64,000 bases of DNA from Dehalococcoidia bacterium. Lineage in GTDB: Bacteria > Chloroflexota > Dehalococcoidia > Bin125. The translations under genes were made by a program, and so were the position numbers. Below the pieces are notes generated by a model. That model was given only the letters and a program-made list of their open reading frames with translations, searched no databases and was not told where the DNA came from. Location: contig CBDESM010000003.1 in the NCBI GenBank assembly GCA_965242485.1, positions 639,337 through 703,336 on the forward strand. The letters run 5' to 3'. The stretch's first letter is position 1. Each line of letters begins with the position of its first letter. This document shows positions 59,249 to 64,000 of the stretch, piece by piece.

Positions 59249-60646
59249 ATGCAGCAGTCGCGCGGCATCTTCTACGGCTGGTGGATCCTGCTGGCAGCGG
59301 TCGTGTGCATGACGATCGCGAGCGGGGTGACGTTCTGGGCGGTGGGCATCTACGTGGTGCCGTTGGAGGAGGAGTTCGGCTGGAGCCGCTGGTCGATCCA
59401 GTTCGGGGTGGCGATCGGGCTGCTGATGGCGGGGCTGGCGGCGCCGATCACGGGCAAGACGATCCAGCGCTTCGGGGCGCGGCGCTGCATTGCGCTGGGG
59501 ACGCTGGTGACGTTCGCCTCGTTCGCGCTGCTGGCACAGGCGGAGACGCTGTGGCAGTGGTTCCTGTACCAGGGGATCAACAACATCATGCGCGGGTTCA
59601 TGTTCTACGTGCCGTTCCAAGTGATCATTTCGACTTGGTTCGACAAGAAGCGCGGGCGCGCGGTGGGCATTCTGGCGATCGGCTTCTCGCTGGGCGGGCT
59701 GATCGTGCCGGTGATGCAGTGGATCGTGGACAATGTCGGCTGGCAGGAGTCGTTCTTCTTCGCGGGGGGAATCATTACGGCGTTCTTCCTGCCGGTGAGC
59801 CTGCTGCTGCTGCGCAATCATCCGCAGGACAAGGGGCTGGAGATCGACGGGGAGCCGCGGCCGGCGGGAGGGCCGGCGGGGACGCGGACGTTTCCGGGTC
59901 TGACGGTCGGGCAGGCGGTGCGGACGCCGAATTTCTGGGCGATCGCGTTCGCCTTCATGTTCTTCTTCTTCGGGATGTTCGGCTGGATGTCGAACGGGTT
60001 CAACGTGTACGAGAGCTACGAGATTTCGCGGCCGACGGCGTCGCTGCTGTTCATGGCCGGGTCGATCGGCGGGGTGATCAGCCGGCCCGCGTTCGGCTAT
60101 TTGGCGGAGCGGATCCCGAGCATCGAGCTGGCTTCGATCGTGCTGGCGATGTTCATGGCTGGCGGGATGATCGCGCTGCTGCTGACGGGCGGTTCGTTCG
60201 TCGGGATCGGGATTTTCATTTGCTGCTGGTTCATCGGTTCGGCGGGAGGGCCGGTGCTGGAGCCGCTGATTTTGCCGCGGGTGTTCGGGCTGCGGCATTT
60301 CGCGGCGATCATGGGGACGATGTTCATGGTTGAGACGGTGGGGCAGTTCGCCGCGCCGCAGATCGGCGGGCTGATTTACGACTGGATCGGGACGTACGAC
60401 CCGTTGCTGCTGATGTTCACGGGCAGCTTGGGACTCTCGATGATTTTCTTCGTGGCCGCTTGGAAGCTGCCCAATCCGCGGATTCCGCCGCTCGCGCCGG
60501 AGCCGGCCGCGCTGCCGCGGCTGGCGTTCGCGCAGTCGAACGGGACCGGGCCGGCAGTCGGCGGGGCGATGTCCGGCGGGGCGGGAGCTGCGCCGCTGAT
60601 CGCGCGGGTTTCGGAGCAGCGGGCGGGGCGGGCGGCCGGCGGCTAG
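59249..60646 (+). CDS. MFS transporter
   Basis: FYGWW start, about 12 TM segments, WF.KKRG.A.G. Confidence 0.9.
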   Translation: MQQSRGIFYGWWILLAAVVCMTIASGVTFWAVGIYVVPLEEEFGWSRWSIQFGVAIGLLMAGLAAPITGKTIQRFGARRCIALGTLVTFASFALLAQAETLWQWFLYQGINNIMRGFMFYVPFQVIISTWFDKKRGRAVGILAIGFSLGGLIVPVMQWIVDNVGWQESFFFAGGIITAFFLPVSLLLLRNHPQDKGLEIDGEPRPAGGPAGTRTFPGLTVGQAVRTPNFWAIAFAFMFFFFGMFGWMSNGFNVYESYEISRPTASLLFMAGSIGGVISRPAFGYLAERIPSIELASIVLAMFMAGGMIALLLTGGSFVGIGIFICCWFIGSAGGPVLEPLILPRVFGLRHFAAIMGTMFMVETVGQFAAPQIGGLIYDWIGTYDPLLLMFTGSLGLSMIFFVAAWKLPNPRIPPLAPEPAALPRLAFAQSNGTGPAVGGAMSGGAGAAPLIARVSEQRAGRAAGG

Positions 60647-60969
60647 AAGATGCCGAGCTCGAATTTGGCCTCGTCGGAGGCCATTTCGCGCGGGTCCCAG
60701 GGCGGGCTGAAGACGAGCTCGGTCTCGACCTCGTCGACGCCGTCGACCGCGGAGGCGGCCTGCTCGATCTGGGCCTTGAGCATCGGGCCGACGGGACAGG
60801 CGGGCGAGGTGAGGGTGAACTGGACCTTGACCGAGTGCTCGCCGGGCGCGTCGATGCCGTAGATCAGGCCGAGGTCGACGACGTTGATGCCGATCTCGGG
60901 GTCGAAGACGGTCTTGAGCATGTCGAGGACGCGTTCTTCGAGCGGTGCTGGGGCGGTTTCTGCGGTCAT
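60643..60969 (-). CDS. DUF59 metal-sulfur cluster assembly factor (SufT/PaaD-like)
   Basis: DPEIGINVVDLGL.Y, TLTSPACP, PPW. Confidence 0.92.
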   Translation of the reverse strand: MTAETAPAPLEERVLDMLKTVFDPEIGINVVDLGLIYGIDAPGEHSVKVQFTLTSPACPVGPMLKAQIEQAASAVDGVDEVETELVFSPPWDPREMASDEAKFELGIF

Positions 60970-60979
60970 GCCGGGCTCC

Positions 60980-61486
60980 TTACGAGCTGAGGATGCGGGT
61001 GGGGATGTCGGTGTCGTCGTCGATGGTCGCGCCGTCGGCTTGGGCGAGGGCCTGGTCGAGCACCTTCCAGGCGAGCAGGCCGCACTTGATGCGGACGGGG
61101 AAGCGGGCGACGCCGGAGAGCGCTTCGAGGTCGCCGAGGTCGACGGCGTCGAGATCGTAGTCCTCGTCGGTGAGCATCTGCTGGACCGCGCCGGAAAGCT
61201 GGCGGGCGTCGGCGATGCTGCGGCCCTCGGCGGCCTCGGTCAGCATCGAGGCGCTGCTTTGGGAGATGGAGCAGCCGGCGCCGTCGAAGCGGATGCCGGC
61301 GAGCGCGCCGTCGGCGAAGGCGACGGAGAGCTTGATTTCGTCGCCGCAGGAGGGATTGAAGCCCTCGACGGCGATGCCGGAGGCGGAGTCAACGCCGCGG
61401 TTGCGGGGGCGGCGGTAGTGATCGAGGATCACGTCGCGGTAGAGCTCGTCGAGCTGGACGGGGTTGGCGGCTTCGCGGCTGCTCAT
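60980..61486 (-). CDS. sufU: SUF system NifU-family protein SufU
   Basis: ILDHY..PRN, NPSCGD, GCSISQSSAS, RIKC.LL.W. Confidence 0.92.
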   Translation of the reverse strand: MSSREAANPVQLDELYRDVILDHYRRPRNRGVDSASGIAVEGFNPSCGDEIKLSVAFADGALAGIRFDGAGCSISQSSASMLTEAAEGRSIADARQLSGAVQQMLTDEDYDLDAVDLGDLEALSGVARFPVRIKCGLLAWKVLDQALAQADGATIDDDTDIPTRILSS

Positions 61487-61490
61487 ACGG

Positions 61491-62738
61491 TCACCCCGAG
61501 CCGGGCAGGCCGAAGCGGGCGCCGGCGTCGCGCAGGCCGTCGACCAGCGCGTCGATTTCGTCGCGGCGGTTGTAGAGGTAGAAGGAGGCGCGGGCGGTGG
61601 CGGGGACGCCGAGCGCGCGCATGAGCGGCTGGGCGCAGTGGTGGCCAGCGCGGATGGCGATGCCGTGCGCGTCGAGGATCGTGGCGACGTCGTGGGAGTG
61701 GATGTCGGCGTAGTTGAAGGCGACGACCGCGCCGCGGCGGGCGGGGTCTCCGGGCCCGTAGATTTCGAGGCCTTCGAGCCGGGAGAGGCGATCCATCGCG
61801 TAGGCGACGAGCTGATGGTCGTGGTCGCGGACGCGGTCCATGCCGACCGCTTCGAGGTAGTCGATGGCCGCGCCGAAGGCGATCACGTCGGCGATGTTGG
61901 GCGTGCCGGCCTCGAACTTGTGGGGCAGTGCGGCCCAGGTTGATTCTTCGCGGTTGACGACGCTGATCATTTCGCCGCCGCCGAGGAAGGGGTCGAGGTC
62001 GCCGAGCAGCTCGCGGCGGCCCCAGAGCACGCCGACGCCAGTGGGGCCGAGCATTTTGTGGGAGGAGAAGGCGGCGAAGTCGACGCCGAGCTCGGAGACG
62101 TCGACGGGCATCTGGGGGACGCTCTGGGCGGCGTCGACGATCATGCGCGCGCCGACGGAGCGGGCCATTTCGGCGATTTCGGCGACGGGGGCGATCGCGC
62201 CGAGCACGTTGGACATGTGGGCGACGGAGACGATGCGGGCGTTGGCGCCGATGGCGTTGCGGGCGGAATCGAGGTCGAGTTCGCCGTCGGGGCCGAGCTC
62301 GATGAAGCGGAGCTTCGCGCCGGCGCGCTGGGCGGCGAGCTGCCAGGGCACGAGGTTGGAGTGGTGCTCGAGCGCGGAGAGGACGATCTCGTCGCCTTCG
62401 CGCAGGCGCGCGCCGAGCGTGTAGGCGAGCAGGTTGAGCGACTCGGTGGTGTTGCGGGTGAAGACGATCTCGCGGCGGTCGGCGGCGCCGATGAAGGCGG
62501 CGGCGCGCTTGCGGACGTCCTCGTAGGCGGCGGTGGCCTCTTCGGCGAGCGTGTGCAGGCCGCGGTGGATGTTGGCGTTGGTGTTCGAGTAATAATCGAC
62601 CAGCGCGTCGATGACGGCTCGGGGCTTCTGGGTGGTGGCGGCGTTGTCGAGGTAGACGAGGGGGCGTCCGCGGATTTCGCGCGAGAGGATCGGGAAGTCC
62701 GCCCGCAGCGCTTCGAGGGCCGGCCGCGCGGCGGTCAT
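61491..62738 (-). CDS. sufS: SufS cysteine desulfurase
   Basis: YLDNAATTQKP, EHHSN, SSHKMLGPTG, RAGHHCA. Confidence 0.95.
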   Translation of the reverse strand: MTAARPALEALRADFPILSREIRGRPLVYLDNAATTQKPRAVIDALVDYYSNTNANIHRGLHTLAEEATAAYEDVRKRAAAFIGAADRREIVFTRNTTESLNLLAYTLGARLREGDEIVLSALEHHSNLVPWQLAAQRAGAKLRFIELGPDGELDLDSARNAIGANARIVSVAHMSNVLGAIAPVAEIAEMARSVGARMIVDAAQSVPQMPVDVSELGVDFAAFSSHKMLGPTGVGVLWGRRELLGDLDPFLGGGEMISVVNREESTWAALPHKFEAGTPNIADVIAFGAAIDYLEAVGMDRVRDHDHQLVAYAMDRLSRLEGLEIYGPGDPARRGAVVAFNYADIHSHDVATILDAHGIAIRAGHHCAQPLMRALGVPATARASFYLYNRRDEIDALVDGLRDAGARFGLPGSG

Positions 62739-63052
62739 GGCCCGTCCGCGTCCACGCGGATTTCGCCGTCGGCGACTTCGACCGGGTAGCAGTCGACCTT
62801 GCCGATGGCGGGCAGGGTCTTGGCCTCGCCGGTGGCGACGTCGAAGAGCGCGCCGTGGCGGGGGCATTCGATGCGGTCGCCGACGAGTTCGCCCTCGCCG
62901 AGCGGGCCGTCGTCGTGGGTGCAGCGGTTTTCGATGGCATAGACGGCGCCGCCGTCGACGCGGCAGAGGGCGATGCTGCGGCCGTCGATCTCGACGACGC
63001 GGGCCGAACCTTCGGGGAGCTCGTCGATGCGGGCGACGGCGCGGGCGGTCAT
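62735..63052 (-). CDS. Rieske [2Fe-2S] ferredoxin
   Basis: CTH…CPRHG motifs. Confidence 0.92.
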   Translation of the reverse strand: MTARAVARIDELPEGSARVVEIDGRSIALCRVDGGAVYAIENRCTHDDGPLGEGELVGDRIECPRHGALFDVATGEAKTLPAIGKVDCYPVEVADGEIRVDADGP

Positions 63053-64000
63053 GCGGTGGCTCCGGCGGGCTCGCGGGCGGCCGCGTCGGCGTGCTTGATG
63101 TGGAGTTCGGCCTCGATCAGGTCCTCGACGGCGTCGCGGAGGTGTCCGTCGGCGATGCCGTCGGCGATCTCGGCGAGGAAGCCGCGCACGATCAGGCGCT
63201 CGGCCTCGTCGGGCGGGATGCCGCGGGCTTGGAGGTAGAAGAGCTGCTCGGGGCTGACCGGGCCGACGGCGGCAGCGTGGGAGCACTTGACGTCGTCGGC
63301 TTCGATTTCGAGCACGGGGATCGGATCGGCGCCGGCGCCCTCGTCGAGCAGGAGGTTGCGCATGGTCTGGTAGGCGCCGGTCTGCTGGCCTTCGGGTTCG
63401 ATCCGGATGACGCCGTATTGGACGGCGTGGGAGTCGTCTTCGAGGACGCCGCGGATGAGCAGGTCGCTGGTGGCGCCGGCGCCGGCGTGGTGCTGGCGGG
63501 TGACGTGCTCGACGTGCTGGTCGCGGGTGCCGACGAAGAGGCCGCGGATGTCGGCGTGGCCGCCGCGCTCGGCGAGGCGGACGTCGATCCGCTGCTTGTC
63601 GAGGTCGCCGCCGAAGGAAGCGGTGGTGTAGCGCAGGCGGGCGTCGCGGCCGATGTCGGCGCGGGCGGTGGTCAGCGAAGCGGCGCCTCTGCGCCAGTTC
63701 TGGACGGCGGCGAAGTGGAGGTCCGCCCCTTCTTCCGCGATCAATTCGAGCGACAGGTGGATCAGCCCGCCGCGGCCCTCCTGCGGGCCGGGCGTGGCGG
63801 CTCCGGCCTCGACGAGGGAGAGCCTGCTGTTGCGATCGGCGACGACCAGCGCGTAAGTCCAGGCATCGGATTTGGCGGCCGCTTCGGAGACCAGGTGGTG
63901 CAGCGAGTCCTGCAGGTGCGCGCCGGGCGGCGCGTAGCAGAACATGCCCTGGGTCCAGAGCGCGCGGCCGAAGGCTTCGAAGCGGTCGCGCGGGCGGGGG
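63049..64000 (-). CDS. sufD: Fe-S cluster assembly protein SufD (partial, truncated by window edge)
   Basis: P.LEI.ADDVKCSH, LFYL..RG; position in the suf operon. Confidence 0.85.
   Translation of the reverse strand, partial: PRPRDRFEAFGRALWTQGMFCYAPPGAHLQDSLHHLVSEAAAKSDAWTYALVVADRNSRLSLVEAGAATPGPQEGRGGLIHLSLELIAEEGADLHFAAVQNWRRGAASLTTARADIGRDARLRYTTASFGGDLDKQRIDVRLAERGGHADIRGLFVGTRDQHVEHVTRQHHAGAGATSDLLIRGVLEDDSHAVQYGVIRIEPEGQQTGAYQTMRNLLLDEGAGADPIPVLEIEADDVKCSHAAAVGPVSPEQLFYLQARGIPPDEAERLIVRGFLAEIADGIADGHLRDAVEDLIEAELHIKHADAAAREPAGATA

Overview
High-GC bacterial chromosome segment. A Chloroflexota (Dehalococcoidia/SAR202/Tepidiformia-like) origin is inferred from the GAAC-N4-GTTC LexA box, three luciferase-like monooxygenases and leaderless-type starts, but is not proven. 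The housekeeping backbone includes a phosphomannomutase 3' end, lhr, glycerate kinase, mtaB-like, scpB, rimO, rpsT, murJ, ileS, proB and the suf operon. About eight small accessory slots interrupt it. They hold four Panacea (DUF4065/SocA) antitoxin-toxin pairs (one decayed), a Uma2 nuclease, AlbA_2 and HEPN proteins, a MITE, a divergent second Lhr and a secreted RCC1/Ig protein. A Fic/Doc pair and a large surface protein lie nearby. Two observations stand out. (1) An apparently uncharacterised two-gene module is expanded in two arrays (23.2-25.9 kb and 31.1-32.9 kb): eight ~53-76 aa proteins (…KSYAxMTWxE…ELGLPPP) lie convergent with five ~165 aa 3-TM membrane proteins, and membrane genes never occur without a small partner while orphan small genes remain. 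(2) A C/A-rich to G/T-rich strand-skew switch is centred on almost every accessory slot. No rRNA, tRNA, CRISPR array, integrase or reverse transcriptase was seen.
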